Virus record (IMG/VR): IMGVR_UViG_3300029358_000325
Span: 1 to 64,000 of that record
DNA: 64,000 nt
Source of the DNA: a virus
Strand: one strand, 5' to 3'
This document shows positions 11,665 through 21,759 of the stretch, one piece after another; position 1 is the first letter of the stretch; each line of letters starts with the position of its first letter. The notes beneath the pieces were generated by a model, which made no database searches, was not told the origin of the DNA, and saw only the letters and a program-made list of their open reading frames with translations. Position numbers and translations under genes: made by a program.

Positions 11665-11892
11665 TTACTTACCTCGGCTACCTTTGATAAAACATTCAAG
11701 CAAAATCAATACCAGCCAGATACCGGTTGCTACTTTGATGGTAAACGTAATATTCAGCAGCTTAAAAATCAGCCAGATAATACCGATCGTGGTAATCCAC
11801 GAGATAAAATATGTAGCCACCAGAATCAGAACAATTCCAAGAAAAGAACCAAGTGCCTTAAAGAATTTCTTCCATGCGTTTATGTTAATCAC
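11665..11892 (-). CDS. Small integral membrane protein, possibly an NfeD-like partner of the SPFH protein.
   Basis: 75 aa, almost entirely hydrophobic with two TM helices. It lies directly downstream of the SPFH gene. Confidence 0.35.
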   Translation of the reverse strand: MININAWKKFFKALGSFLGIVLILVATYFISWITTIGIIWLIFKLLNITFTIKVATGIWLVLILLECFIKGSRGK

Positions 11893-11927
11893 CTTCTTTC
11901 AAAAATTTTCATTTTATAAAGCCTCGT

Positions 11928-12779
11928 TTACTCACCCTTGGTAACGACCGTATCGGCACCCTGTACGGTAACCCAACCATGCTTCAGGCGAGCTTCTGCT
12001 TCCTTCATCTGAATCAGTTCAGGAGTGATAGACTCGGAAAGCACTTTATTTGCATCAGCCTCGGCCTGTGCTTCAATCATCTTAACGTCAGCTTCCGTCT
12101 GTGCCTTAACCTTATCAGTCTCTGCCTGAGCCAGAGCGGTCTGCTTATTCAGCTCTGCAATCTCTGCATCCTGCTTCGCCTGCTCCTTGGCACGAATCTT
12201 CTGCATCAGGGTATCATCAGGCTGTGCGTCAACAATCAGTGCCGAAGAAACATTGATACCATATTCTGCGGTCAGCTTCTCATTCAGATAGTCGGTGATT
12301 GCGGTATTAACACCTGCACGGTCATCGGAATAAATCTGCATAACACTGAACTGAGGAGTAACTTCCTTGACATAAGCAATAATATCATTCTGGATCTTAC
12401 TCTCCATCAGGCTCTCTCCGTCCATTCCGCCAAACTTGGTATACAGTTCAACAACATGCTCCGGCAGGAAGTTATAATTGACAGTCAAGTTGATTGCAAT
12501 CGTACCACCATTAGCAGGAGCATCAATGTGCCAATCTGCGTGTTCCTTTGCGCCATAATCAGACGGAGCGTTAGAAAATACTACTCGCTGCTGAGTAATC
12601 GGGAACTCAGATACATGCTTCAGAGGACTCATAAAGTGCCAGCCCTGAGAAATAGTCTGCTGCTCGACCCCCTTCGCGGAATAAACAACACCAACATAAC
12701 CAGTATGTACCCGCTCGGTACAAAGCACTGCGCCAACTGCAACGAGGAATGCAACAAAAATTGCCATAAATTTCTTCAT
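11928..12779 (-). CDS. SPFH / band-7 (prohibitin, HflK/C-like) membrane protein.
   Basis: N-terminal TM or signal (MKKFMAIFVAFLVAVGAVL). SPFH-like core, then a C-terminal Ala/Glu/Gln-rich coiled coil (AQTEADVKMIEAQAEADANK). Confidence 0.65.
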   Translation of the reverse strand: MKKFMAIFVAFLVAVGAVLCTERVHTGYVGVVYSAKGVEQQTISQGWHFMSPLKHVSEFPITQQRVVFSNAPSDYGAKEHADWHIDAPANGGTIAINLTVNYNFLPEHVVELYTKFGGMDGESLMESKIQNDIIAYVKEVTPQFSVMQIYSDDRAGVNTAITDYLNEKLTAEYGINVSSALIVDAQPDDTLMQKIRAKEQAKQDAEIAELNKQTALAQAETDKVKAQTEADVKMIEAQAEADANKVLSESITPELIQMKEAEARLKHGWVTVQGADTVVTKGE

Positions 12780-12903
12780 AAATATCTCCTTAATCTTTAT
12801 AGTTGTCTTTCAGAATGTAATAGGCGATAACCCATACAATCACGAAGAAAACAATGATTTCTTTCATATGTAATCCCACCAACCCACCACTTATATTCAA
12901 ATT

Positions 12904-13236
12904 TTACTTCATACTCTCTTCGAGTTCTTTGTAGCTGATTCCACTTGTCAGTCCCGGAGACTCTTCACTATCTGTTCCTTTGAAATGCGCTCCAACAACG
13001 CTAGGATGCAAATATTCAATCATTGCAAAATTAGCAACATCAATGAGCCATTCTGTATTTCCTGTCTCTAAATACTTTTTGACTCTTGGATAAATTTCCT
13101 TTACAGCTTGAGCCAAATCTGGATATGTCTGATTCATCCAACCATATTTATAATGAGATACCAAAATACGATTCTGCATCTTTTTAACAAAATCATTATC
13201 CCAATCTCGCTCTAAAATCTGTTGTGTAGTATCCAT
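12904..13236 (-). CDS. Hypothetical protein, possibly an all-alpha MazG-like NTP pyrophosphohydrolase.
   Basis: 110 aa. TEWLIDVANFAMIEYL weakly resembles MazG helices. It sits in the nucleotide-metabolism block. Confidence 0.2.
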   Translation of the reverse strand: MDTTQQILERDWDNDFVKKMQNRILVSHYKYGWMNQTYPDLAQAVKEIYPRVKKYLETGNTEWLIDVANFAMIEYLHPSVVGAHFKGTDSEESPGLTSGISYKELEESMK

Positions 13237-13250
13237 ATTTCATCCTTTGT

Positions 13251-15446
13251 TTAGTTATCGCTCAGATGAACTACTCGATCTCGAATCTCTTGCGTCCGCC
13301 CCTGATTCCAAAACTGAGTCCCAATAAATCCGCAGGTACGTCGTGCAACATTCAGTTTATTCTGGTCTCGATTACCACAATTTGGGCATTCCCAAACAAG
13401 CTTACCATTGTCCTCGACAATCTTAATCTCGCCGTCATAACCACAAACCTGACAATAATCAGACTTGATGTTCAGCTCTGCGTAGATAATAGTGTCGTAG
13501 ATGTATTTGATGACACTCATCACAGCAGGAATGTTGTTGGTCATATTAGGGCACTCGATATACGAGATGGCTCCGCCGGGAGACAGCTGCTGGAACTCAG
13601 ACTCAAACTTCAGCTTCTTGAATGCATCAATATGCTCACGAACCACGACATGATAGCTATTGGTGATGTAATCATGGTCGGTTACATCTGGAATGATGCC
13701 AAACCGCTTTTGCAGGCACTTGGCGAACTTGTAGGTGGTGGATTCCAGCGGGGTGCCGTAAAGACTATAATCAATATTTTCTGCTGCCTTCCACTCACTG
13801 CACTTGTCGTTCATGTGCTGCATAATCTCAAGAGCAAAAGGTTTTGCTTCATCATCGGTATGGCTCTTACCGGTCATGTACTTTACGCATTCATACAGAC
13901 CTGCGTAACCTAAACTGATGGTTGCATATCCGTCAAACAGCAATTTATCAATCTTCTCGCCCTTCTTCAAACGTGCGATTGCACCATGCTGAAAATGAAT
14001 TGGACTCACATCAGAAGGCGTACCCATCAATCGCTTATACCGAATCTGAAGTGCTCGATGGCACAGTTCAAGACGCTCATCAAAAATTCTCCAAAACTCA
14101 GAAACATCCTTCTTAGAGCTACAAGCAACATCTACCAGATTGATGGTGACAACACCGGCATTAAAGCGACCATAGTACTTGTGACCCTTTCCCCAATTCA
14201 TGGCACCAGAAATATTCTCGGTGGTTCGATCAGGGGTCAGGAAGCTCCGGCAGCCCATGCAAGGATAGCAAGCACCCTTGTATTCCAACATCTTCTTCTC
14301 AGAAATGTAGTCGGGCACAAACCTCTTGGCAGTACATTTAGCTGCCAGTTCAGTCAGATAGTAATACTTAGAATTATCTCGAATGTTATCTTCTTCCAGC
14401 ACATAAATCAGCTTTGGGAAAGCCGGAGTAATCCATGCACCAGTCTCATTCTTCACGCCTTTAATACGCTGACGAAGGACTTCTTCAATGATAATTGCAA
14501 GGTCATCACGGGTCTGGCCTTCAGGAACTTCATCCAGATACATAAAAACAGTAATAAAAGGAGCTTGCCCGTTAGTGGTCATCAAAGTAATAACCTGATA
14601 CTGAATAGTCTGAACGCCTGCAACGATTTCTTTATGTAAACGCTTCTCTACAATTCGATTGATAGTCTCCTGATTTGGCATCTTGTCAATCTCATTGTTT
14701 TGAATCATGTCGTAAAACTCCTCATGGACTTCACCCGTAATCTTCTTTCGAGAGACGTCCACGAAAGGAGCCAAATGAGACAGAGTAATACTCTGACCAC
14801 CATATTGGTTGGAAGCAACCTGTGCAATAATCTGGGTTGCAATATTGCACGCTGTAGAGAAACTATGTGGTTTGTCGATTCCAGTGCCAGAAATCACAGT
14901 GCCGTTTTGAAGCATGTCTTCCAGATTGACTAGCGAGCAGTTAAACATGTGCTGGGCAAAATAGTCGGAATCGTGAAAATGAATTCGGCCATCATAGTGA
15001 GCGTCCACAATATCTTTCGGGAGAAGCAGATTGAAGCTCAGATCTTTGGAGACCTCGCCAGCCATATAGTCACGCTGCACGCTATTCACAACAGGATTTT
15101 TGTTGCTGTTTTCCTGCTTGACCTTCTCATTGTCTACATCACAGATGGAAAGAATTTCGCCATATGCTCGCTGTTTCTCACGAATCTCCTGCCGAAGAAT
15201 ACGCCAGTGACTATAAGCGTCAGCCACATCCGAAAGAGGGCTATTTTTCAACTGGTCAATAACCACATCCTGAATCTGCTCTACAGACATCGTATCATGG
15301 ATGTCCGCGATGTAGTCTGCAATAGCGTTAGATACGCGAGAATCAACTCCTCCAGTCGTATTCGTCATTGCCTTCTCAATCGCATTTACAATCTTACTTT
15401 TATCAAAAGGAACTTTCGTTCCATCGCGTTTAATCACATATTCCAT
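13251..15446 (-). CDS. nrdD: Anaerobic ribonucleoside-triphosphate reductase, class III. Start at MEYVIKRDG, with an AAGGAG SD.
   Basis: N-terminal ATP-cone (KRDGTKVPFDKSKIVNAIEKA), a large catalytic body, and a C-terminal glycyl-radical region (RRTCGFIGTQFWNQGRTQEI). nrdG is nearby. Confidence 0.85.
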   Translation of the reverse strand: MEYVIKRDGTKVPFDKSKIVNAIEKAMTNTTGGVDSRVSNAIADYIADIHDTMSVEQIQDVVIDQLKNSPLSDVADAYSHWRILRQEIREKQRAYGEILSICDVDNEKVKQENSNKNPVVNSVQRDYMAGEVSKDLSFNLLLPKDIVDAHYDGRIHFHDSDYFAQHMFNCSLVNLEDMLQNGTVISGTGIDKPHSFSTACNIATQIIAQVASNQYGGQSITLSHLAPFVDVSRKKITGEVHEEFYDMIQNNEIDKMPNQETINRIVEKRLHKEIVAGVQTIQYQVITLMTTNGQAPFITVFMYLDEVPEGQTRDDLAIIIEEVLRQRIKGVKNETGAWITPAFPKLIYVLEEDNIRDNSKYYYLTELAAKCTAKRFVPDYISEKKMLEYKGACYPCMGCRSFLTPDRTTENISGAMNWGKGHKYYGRFNAGVVTINLVDVACSSKKDVSEFWRIFDERLELCHRALQIRYKRLMGTPSDVSPIHFQHGAIARLKKGEKIDKLLFDGYATISLGYAGLYECVKYMTGKSHTDDEAKPFALEIMQHMNDKCSEWKAAENIDYSLYGTPLESTTYKFAKCLQKRFGIIPDVTDHDYITNSYHVVVREHIDAFKKLKFESEFQQLSPGGAISYIECPNMTNNIPAVMSVIKYIYDTIIYAELNIKSDYCQVCGYDGEIKIVEDNGKLVWECPNCGNRDQNKLNVARRTCGFIGTQFWNQGRTQEIRDRVVHLSDN

Positions 15447-15457
15447 GCAATCACTCC

Positions 15458-16264
15458 TTAATCTTCCAACCAACGATTTTCTGCCACATAGAAAGCTCCA
15501 ACCGCAACTACCATCAATACGACCCAGAATACCCAAAACCAAATCACTCGTGTACCAGCTGCAGAAATCATATAATCTCGTGCTTCTTCGATGTTTTTAT
15601 CCTTAATGAATTGTGCATTATGTATACTTTTATCGCTCAAATTCGCGTATAATGTACCACCATAACGAACATCTTTGACATAAAACTCGAACTTTACATG
15701 AGAACTGACTTGTACAGTGGTCAGGTACTTGCTGGATGGCATTTTGATGTCACCATACTTAAATTCTTTTCCCAGAAACGTTACATTTTTGGAACTGTGC
15801 TCTTCTGAGCTGTAATAGTCCCAAGTCCAGTACGTTTCGACTCTTGTTCTTGTATGGCCTTTACCATCCGTAGTAGTGACAGTTCGTGTATGCATCGTAT
15901 AGTGCTTTTCTTCGCAATAGATGTACATCCACTGGCCGTCGATACGTGGATCGCTTACGGTATCTACTGCTTCTAGTGCGCCTTGGCAAAACGCATTACC
16001 TACGTTGGTTCTCATTCCATAATCGAACATATTTTCGGACTCAATCGAAATTGCTGTATTATATTCTTTTTTCTGCTCAAGTGAATCTCTGGTGATATTT
16101 CCAGCGATAACGCTACCAAGTATCAGCATAATGAACACAATACCAACACTGACGATCAATTCACGATAAGTAATTTCGGCATTACCGATTTCCAAAAAGG
16201 TTACCGACTGCCGGTGCCGCCTCATTCCCCTCATAGGACAGATACTCATAATTCTGAACCTCAT
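15458..16264 (-). CDS. Membrane protein of unknown function with two TM segments. The track over-extends the N-terminus into lemA.
   Basis: TM helices LIVSVGIVFIMLILGSVIAGNI and VIWFWVFWVVLMVVAVGAFYVA. Downstream partner of LemA. Confidence 0.3.
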   Translation of the reverse strand: MRFRIMSICPMRGMRRHRQSVTFLEIGNAEITYRELIVSVGIVFIMLILGSVIAGNITRDSLEQKKEYNTAISIESENMFDYGMRTNVGNAFCQGALEAVDTVSDPRIDGQWMYIYCEEKHYTMHTRTVTTTDGKGHTRTRVETYWTWDYYSSEEHSSKNVTFLGKEFKYGDIKMPSSKYLTTVQVSSHVKFEFYVKDVRYGGTLYANLSDKSIHNAQFIKDKNIEEARDYMISAAGTRVIWFWVFWVVLMVVAVGAFYVAENRWLED

Positions 16265-16739
16265 ATCCAGTCAGACCAAGCAGAAAGGAGTTCGGAAACT
16301 TACGAACGCTCTGCTTATATTCCTTCACGACACGATTGTAATCGCCACGATAGTTTGCAATCAAATTTTCAGTGACGGATAGCTCATTCATAAGCTCCTT
16401 GTAGTTGTCGCTAGACTTCAGTTCAGGATATGCTTCCGCAATAGCTGCAATCTGAGTCGTAATCTCTTGAGCGGTCTGGCCGGAAGTGCCACGAGCATTC
16501 ACAACATCCATCAAAGTCTGATACTCATGTTGGTCATAAGCCTTGACGGTTTCAACCAGATTTGGAATCAGATCAGCTCTGCGCTTCTCCTGATTCCCAA
16601 TGCCAGACTTAGCTTCCTGAATCTGCTCTTCATAAGAGATGGCCGTGTTCTTAGGTCCCTGCACAATAAAGGTCATGCCAAGAATGGAAATTAACACGAC
16701 ACAAATAACGATAATAGGTAACTTCCAGTTGTATCTCAT
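16182..16739 (-). CDS. lemA: LemA-family membrane protein.
   Basis: N-terminal TM (LPIIVICVVLISILGMTFIV) and a LemA-like core (QEKRRADLIPNLVETVKAYDQHE...ELMNELSVTENLIANYR). Confidence 0.6.
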   Translation of the reverse strand: MRYNWKLPIIVICVVLISILGMTFIVQGPKNTAISYEEQIQEAKSGIGNQEKRRADLIPNLVETVKAYDQHEYQTLMDVVNARGTSGQTAQEITTQIAAIAEAYPELKSSDNYKELMNELSVTENLIANYRGDYNRVVKEYKQSVRKFPNSFLLGLTGYEVQNYEYLSYEGNEAAPAVGNLFGNR

Positions 16740-16752
16740 TTATGTAAACCTC

Positions 16753-17286
16753 TTAAAACTTGACTTCATCGACATGGACTTTAGAGTTCAGCATCGAATG
16801 GTCAACCTTATTAACTCCTTTGTTATTCGGAGACATAGCATCATTATGAACACTCGGAACCACGGCAGTTTCGATGTTCTGCTCGTATGCGTTTGGACGA
16901 TAAACACAATCGTTTACCCAACAATTAAGTCTAGGATCGTAAAAATTTCCTTGGCTGTCTTTTTTCGGCATCGTAGCCAGCTTATCATTAGCCTCATCAG
17001 GAATCTTCTTGAGCGTATCTACGACACTTTCGGCAATCTTCTGCTGTTCCTCTAAAAGCCGGATTTTATAGTCCAAATACTTACGTGCCTTCATCAAATC
17101 TTGAAGCTTAGAATTGCCATCTTTGTGTCCTGCCCGGCTCAAATACTTACCAACATTCCAAAGATAAGCATCCTTGTCCAGTTGCCACTCTCGCAGCACT
17201 TTGATAGCCTCATAGGGATTGTCTGCACCGCCGTAATAAGACGGGTGCTCGACGTTCTTCTTAATTTCGTCAAGTGTTTGCATCAA
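16753..17286 (-). CDS. Conserved phage hypothetical protein.
   Basis: 177 aa. HPSYYGGADNPYEAIKVL motif. Function unknown. Confidence 0.25.
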   Translation of the reverse strand: MMQTLDEIKKNVEHPSYYGGADNPYEAIKVLREWQLDKDAYLWNVGKYLSRAGHKDGNSKLQDLMKARKYLDYKIRLLEEQQKIAESVVDTLKKIPDEANDKLATMPKKDSQGNFYDPRLNCWVNDCVYRPNAYEQNIETAVVPSVHNDAMSPNNKGVNKVDHSMLNSKVHVDEVKF

Positions 17287-17987
17287 TAACCTCCTTGTTT
17301 TTTTTCAATAGGCTTATAAACATCTGCCAACCTAGGATGACGGCCACAGCAGCCACGACCTTCTGGGCAGAACGGATACTTCGGATTAGCCTCGCAGGAA
17401 GGAACCATCCAGTTTGCCACTTCAGGACAAACCTGTGCAACTTCCTTCTTCATTTCTGTAAACATCTCGCGGATTTCTTTTTGGGCCCTAGAACAAAGTC
17501 GAAGATGGCTCATCTCAATCAAAGCACGAGCGTTCATCGTAATGTAAAACTCTGTACAGCAAGCATTTGGCAGAACTGCACGGGCGTCTTCATTTTTGGC
17601 GTTGTGATACTTCTTGAGAATCTGATAATCGGTATCAATGTCCGACATCATATTATCGAAAACATCAGCATCTTCACCGGTAAACGGGTTCACATATTTG
17701 AATCCATCCTCGCTGCAATAACGTTGGCTGCGGCAGCTCATGCTAATATGTCGATGACGACTAATCTGTGCCAGAAGTGCTCGGCTTACATCTTTGACGT
17801 AAAACGTAAAATTGATGTGCTCAAGCACAGAATAGTGACCGCTTGCCTTACATCCCTTAGCAATCTTATAATCGTCAGTCATTGAAGAATCGTAACAAAT
17901 ACTCGCAGCTTCCTCCACAATATCTAAAGGATTCTTATCACTTGTAGGAACAACTCGCTGTGTGTACGCGATCAAATCAACAATCAT
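17283..17987 (-). CDS. thyX: Flavin-dependent thymidylate synthase.
   Basis: ThyX signature RHRHISMSCRSQRY (RHR-x7-S), SVLEH and YSVLEHINFTF. GGAGG SD before the ATG at 17987. Confidence 0.85.
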   Translation of the reverse strand: MIVDLIAYTQRVVPTSDKNPLDIVEEAASICYDSSMTDDYKIAKGCKASGHYSVLEHINFTFYVKDVSRALLAQISRHRHISMSCRSQRYCSEDGFKYVNPFTGEDADVFDNMMSDIDTDYQILKKYHNAKNEDARAVLPNACCTEFYITMNARALIEMSHLRLCSRAQKEIREMFTEMKKEVAQVCPEVANWMVPSCEANPKYPFCPEGRGCCGRHPRLADVYKPIEKKQGGY

Positions 17988-20244
17988 TTAATCCTCCAAA
18001 TACTTTGCATTTTCTTCATTGATAACGAGGCTGTTGAATGGCATAATCAGCTGATAATCTTTGCTTCCAAACTTCTTTGTCCAGTCATCAGGCTCAACCT
18101 TTAAATACTTTGGAGTGAAGCCAATAACCTTGTGCGTCGTCCAAGTGATACCTTCATGACCCTTTGTGCTTGCTCGAAGCACTGTATCGCCAACGCTAAT
18201 TTTCTTGCCGAGAACGTCAACCATTTTCTTCCTCCTTCTTGTCCCACTCATCTCTTTGTTTCAGTGCAACAAGATAATTATGTTCAGTTGTCACAACACA
18301 ATCACCTGCTTCCCGGTAAATAAGTTCGCCACGTTGTTCAATCGGATACCATCGTTCGAAATAAACTATATCTTTTTGATGATTATCCTTTTCGATTTTT
18401 TCGACCCTTACAGCCGAAATCATTGCAAAATAAGGGAGGCCAGATGGAACCTCTGTAATCAACACATAATCTCCAACACCAAATGAATTCCCGTATTGGT
18501 CAACTGCCACTTACCTCACCTCTTCCAATCAACTCATCAACAGTAACCTCTCCGTAAAGAACCTGTTTAAGCTGCTCTTCTGACAACTGATATGTAATCG
18601 GCTCTCCACACTCGGTAGGATATCGAGCCAAGGTTCTGTAATATTCTGCAAGGGCTCGTTCCTTACGACCCTGCTCACGATGGTCAATACCAATCATATC
18701 GCCCCACCTCCTTCCTTAAATTCTTCACTCTTACCGGTCACGACATAGACGTCATCCTCAAGATCTTCTTTTAGAATCACAGTCATCTCAGACGGATGAA
18801 ATCCCTTCTTCGTACACTCTGGTATATTACAGATCAGATAACCTTCATCATAATCATCAAGCACATCATACCAATGGCCTTTCATAAGCAATACACCAGA
18901 TGGAAGAAGTGTATCTTTGTAGTCCGTCCTGAAGTACATCTGCTTCATTAGGGCTCCTTGTAGGGTTCCATATCACCCTTCCAAATCTGGAAATAAGGAT
19001 GTGCGTCAATGCCGTAAACCTGACCCTTCATACCGGTACTGGTAATCTTGTAAGGCTTTCCGTCTTCAAGGCTATTGATAAAGTCCTGATACTGAGGACT
19101 CATCTTAAAGAAGTCTTTCTTGCCCTGAATCCTCTTTACCTTAATAGTGACCTCATCACCAATCTTTGGTTCCCATTCCTCTGCGGGCATTCCAGCCAGA
19201 AAGTCGGGACCACCAGCTTTCTTGATTCGCCTGGCGAGAATTCGTGCCTTACGCTGCTCTCTGCGCCGGTCTTCTCGATTCATCGAATTACTCATATTCT
19301 GTTCCTTTCAGCTTATCAAAGTAGGGATCGCCGTCTCGCTTCTCTAATAAGTTGAGCTCCCCGGCGGAGCCTACAGAATACAAACGAAAATTTTTAAAAA
19401 TCTCAACACCTTTAATAGTGGCTAGAGATGTAATTATGTACAATATATTGTGCTCTTCTGTGCCATCCGTAAGTTGAACTTCAAGTCGTTCTTTCTTTGG
19501 GATAGCTAGTTTTTTAAAATCATTCATTTTGGCATTATGTATGCTTTCTCATTTTTTCGATAGCAGTCAAAAATATTTGCAATAACGTCATAGCATCTAC
19601 TTTCGGAGTTATAGCTGCCAAGAACAATTCCACGCTCACCCATGCCCTGCCTTGCATAAACATTAAGGCTTGCGGTATCAATGATTGCCATGCGGTCAAG
19701 ATTTATAATCTCTCCATCTAGCGTTAAAAGTAGCATTTTAATCCTCCGGCATATCGAAGCTAATACGGTTTTCACAAAGAGCAGTGTTAATCTCTTGAAT
19801 TACATCCTTTGCTCGTTCTCTTGTTTTGTAGAAACCAAGCATTATCCAGTTACTTGTATCATTGCAATACGCTCTAATAACTGTCGTATCGTCTACAATG
19901 CAAATTCCAAAACATTTACTGGTATCAACAATTTCGGCTCGATGCTGCGTCAAAATAAACATTATAAAACCTCACAAATCAGCAAGCTGTGCAGGAGACC
20001 AGATATCTGGAATATCCCAATCTTCTTCCGATTTTCCATTATAAATTCCGTAGAAATATCCTTCGGACGGTACATAGACGATCCGTTGCCAGCCATTCAT
20101 TCCGTGTGACTCCTTTGGTTCAAAATCACGAGTCAAAATTCTACGTCCACCATTGCTATAAGCAGATGCCTTTGTAGGAACTTCAACACATTTGTTATCC
20201 AGAATCCGAAGAATGTGCTTAATGGACTTCTTAGAAAGATTCAT
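17988..20244 (-). other. Nine small co-directional ORFs (74-115 aa) of unknown function.
   Basis: ORF track only. Tightly packed with overlapping stop/start codons. Confidence 0.3.
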
Positions 20245-20254
20245 AGCTTTCTCC

Positions 20255-21586
20255 TTAGCCGTAGCTTACTTCGTTCTTATCATCTCGGAATCGTACAAAC
20301 GTCGGGAATTGCAGAGACTCAAGGCCAGTCTTTTTGTCCATCGTGACCTCTTTGTACTTACATTCCACAATCTTACCGATGTAATTATCGGGATTCGCCC
20401 ACACAGCAGCTCTCGTAGCATCATCAAAACCGGAACCAACACGAAGTTCGTTACCCTTGTAGTCAACAACAAGAGCGCCCATCGTACCAGCCAGACGGTT
20501 CTGACCTTCCTCAATCGCTGTGATTCGCAGATCGACCGTATAGAATCGCTTGATTTTGAGACATCCGTTGTGACGAGCCCGGCGATAAGGGACATCCGTG
20601 TTCAACATAAGACCTTCCCAATCGTGTTCGACAGCATAATCAAGCCACTTCGGAATCACACTCTGGTCAGTACCTTCATATACCATTGGAACAATTTCAA
20701 TATTCTCAAGGTGCTTGCGAGTAATCTCTGCGCGAAGACAATTTATCCCAATACGGCGAATTTTATATGGGATAGTACACTTTCCACGGTCGAACTCTAC
20801 AACAGGAATCACATCAAAAATCACAAATTTGATTCCAGTCTTGTCCTTGTTATCAGAATTAAGTAGGCCAGTGCCATAACGAAAAGCCTCTCCGTCCGAC
20901 ATTCTTTCTGGGTTCTTGTAGATCAGCTCACCATCAAACACCCACGCATCTCGCCTTGAGGCGTCTTCGTCGTATAGAGCGAGCAGATCATTCTTTATAT
21001 GGTCGAGCCCTTTAAACTTCTGAGCCTGCCGAGAGATGAGCTCGCCTTTATACATGGTGCCCCTATTGCCATTCATCTTCTGGCTCAAACTGAACCAAAT
21101 GCCATCCTTCAGCTTTACCTTATCAATCGGATATCCCTGCTGGACCTCCCAGACTGGAATAATCTCTTCGCCGTACACTTTATTGATGGTCGCTGCCTCG
21201 ACTCCAATCGGCAAGTTCTTAGTGAACAGTCGCTTCAGAAACTCTTCGTATTCAGGATTTTTATGTAAATAATTCTGGATTGTTACAATGGATGCATCAG
21301 AGCCAGTATTATGCCCAGCACCCATAATATAAAGGTATCCGCAGCTGAGATACTGAATATCGATATCAGGCTTTGCCGTTACCTTCTTGTTGATCTTTGC
21401 ATCAGACAGGCCAGTCACAATCGCTGGGTCAAGCAGGAATTTGAAGAATGCCATTAGCTCGTCAGCTTCATCTCCAAAATCCTTACGTGCATCCAACAAA
21501 ATGCGGGTCTTGTCCGTCTTTTTCTTTGCTTTCTGCAATGCCTTAACCATCGCATTAAGCTTACCTATGAGCTCTTTATCTGTCAT
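20255..21586 (-). CDS. lig: ATP-dependent DNA ligase.
   Basis: Nucleotidyltransferase motifs are present. Motif I is the K-x-N-G variant (SQKMNGNRG). Motif III is WVFDGELIY, motif IV is DWEGLMLN, and motif V is CLKIKRF. The conserved 21-bp motif plus an AAGGAGG SD sit upstream. Confidence 0.75.
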   Translation of the reverse strand: MTDKELIGKLNAMVKALQKAKKKTDKTRILLDARKDFGDEADELMAFFKFLLDPAIVTGLSDAKINKKVTAKPDIDIQYLSCGYLYIMGAGHNTGSDASIVTIQNYLHKNPEYEEFLKRLFTKNLPIGVEAATINKVYGEEIIPVWEVQQGYPIDKVKLKDGIWFSLSQKMNGNRGTMYKGELISRQAQKFKGLDHIKNDLLALYDEDASRRDAWVFDGELIYKNPERMSDGEAFRYGTGLLNSDNKDKTGIKFVIFDVIPVVEFDRGKCTIPYKIRRIGINCLRAEITRKHLENIEIVPMVYEGTDQSVIPKWLDYAVEHDWEGLMLNTDVPYRRARHNGCLKIKRFYTVDLRITAIEEGQNRLAGTMGALVVDYKGNELRVGSGFDDATRAAVWANPDNYIGKIVECKYKEVTMDKKTGLESLQFPTFVRFRDDKNEVSYG

Positions 21587-21599
21587 AAAGCCTCCTTGC

Positions 21600-21620
21600 G
21601 TATCCTGTGTTATATAGTTA
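21600..21620 (-). promoter_or_regulatory. Conserved 21-bp motif, copy 1. It is about 15 nt upstream of the ligase ATG, followed by AAGGAGG.
   Basis: The coding strand reads TAACTATATAACACAGGATAC and contains a -10-like TATAAC. Confidence 0.45.
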
Positions 21621-21630
21621 TAGCTAATAA

Positions 21631-21666
21631 AGAAAGGCTTGTCGTTACGAGCAAGCCATTTCTTTC
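21631..21666 (-). terminator. Imperfect hairpin between motif copies 2 and 1.
   Basis: AGAAAGGCTTG-TCGTTACGAG-CAAGCCATTTCTT. Confidence 0.3.
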
Positions 21667-21668
21667 CC

Positions 21669-21689
21669 GTATCCTGTATTATATAGTTA
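21669..21689 (-). promoter_or_regulatory. Conserved 21-bp motif, copy 2. It lies in tandem, 48 bp upstream of copy 1.
   Basis: The coding strand reads TAACTATATAATACAGGATAC, with a perfect TATAAT. Confidence 0.4.
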
Positions 21690-21727
21690 AAGAGAGAATT
21701 TTAAGCCTCCGGGATGGAGACTTTTTA

Positions 21728-21748
21728 TAACTATATTATACAGGATAC
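21728..21748 (+). promoter_or_regulatory. Conserved 21-bp motif, copy 3, in inverted orientation. It forms a 21-bp inverted repeat with copy 2.
   Basis: The plus strand reads TAACTATATTATACAGGATAC, 12 nt after the helicase stop. Confidence 0.4.
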
Positions 21749-21759
21749 TCACATAATTG

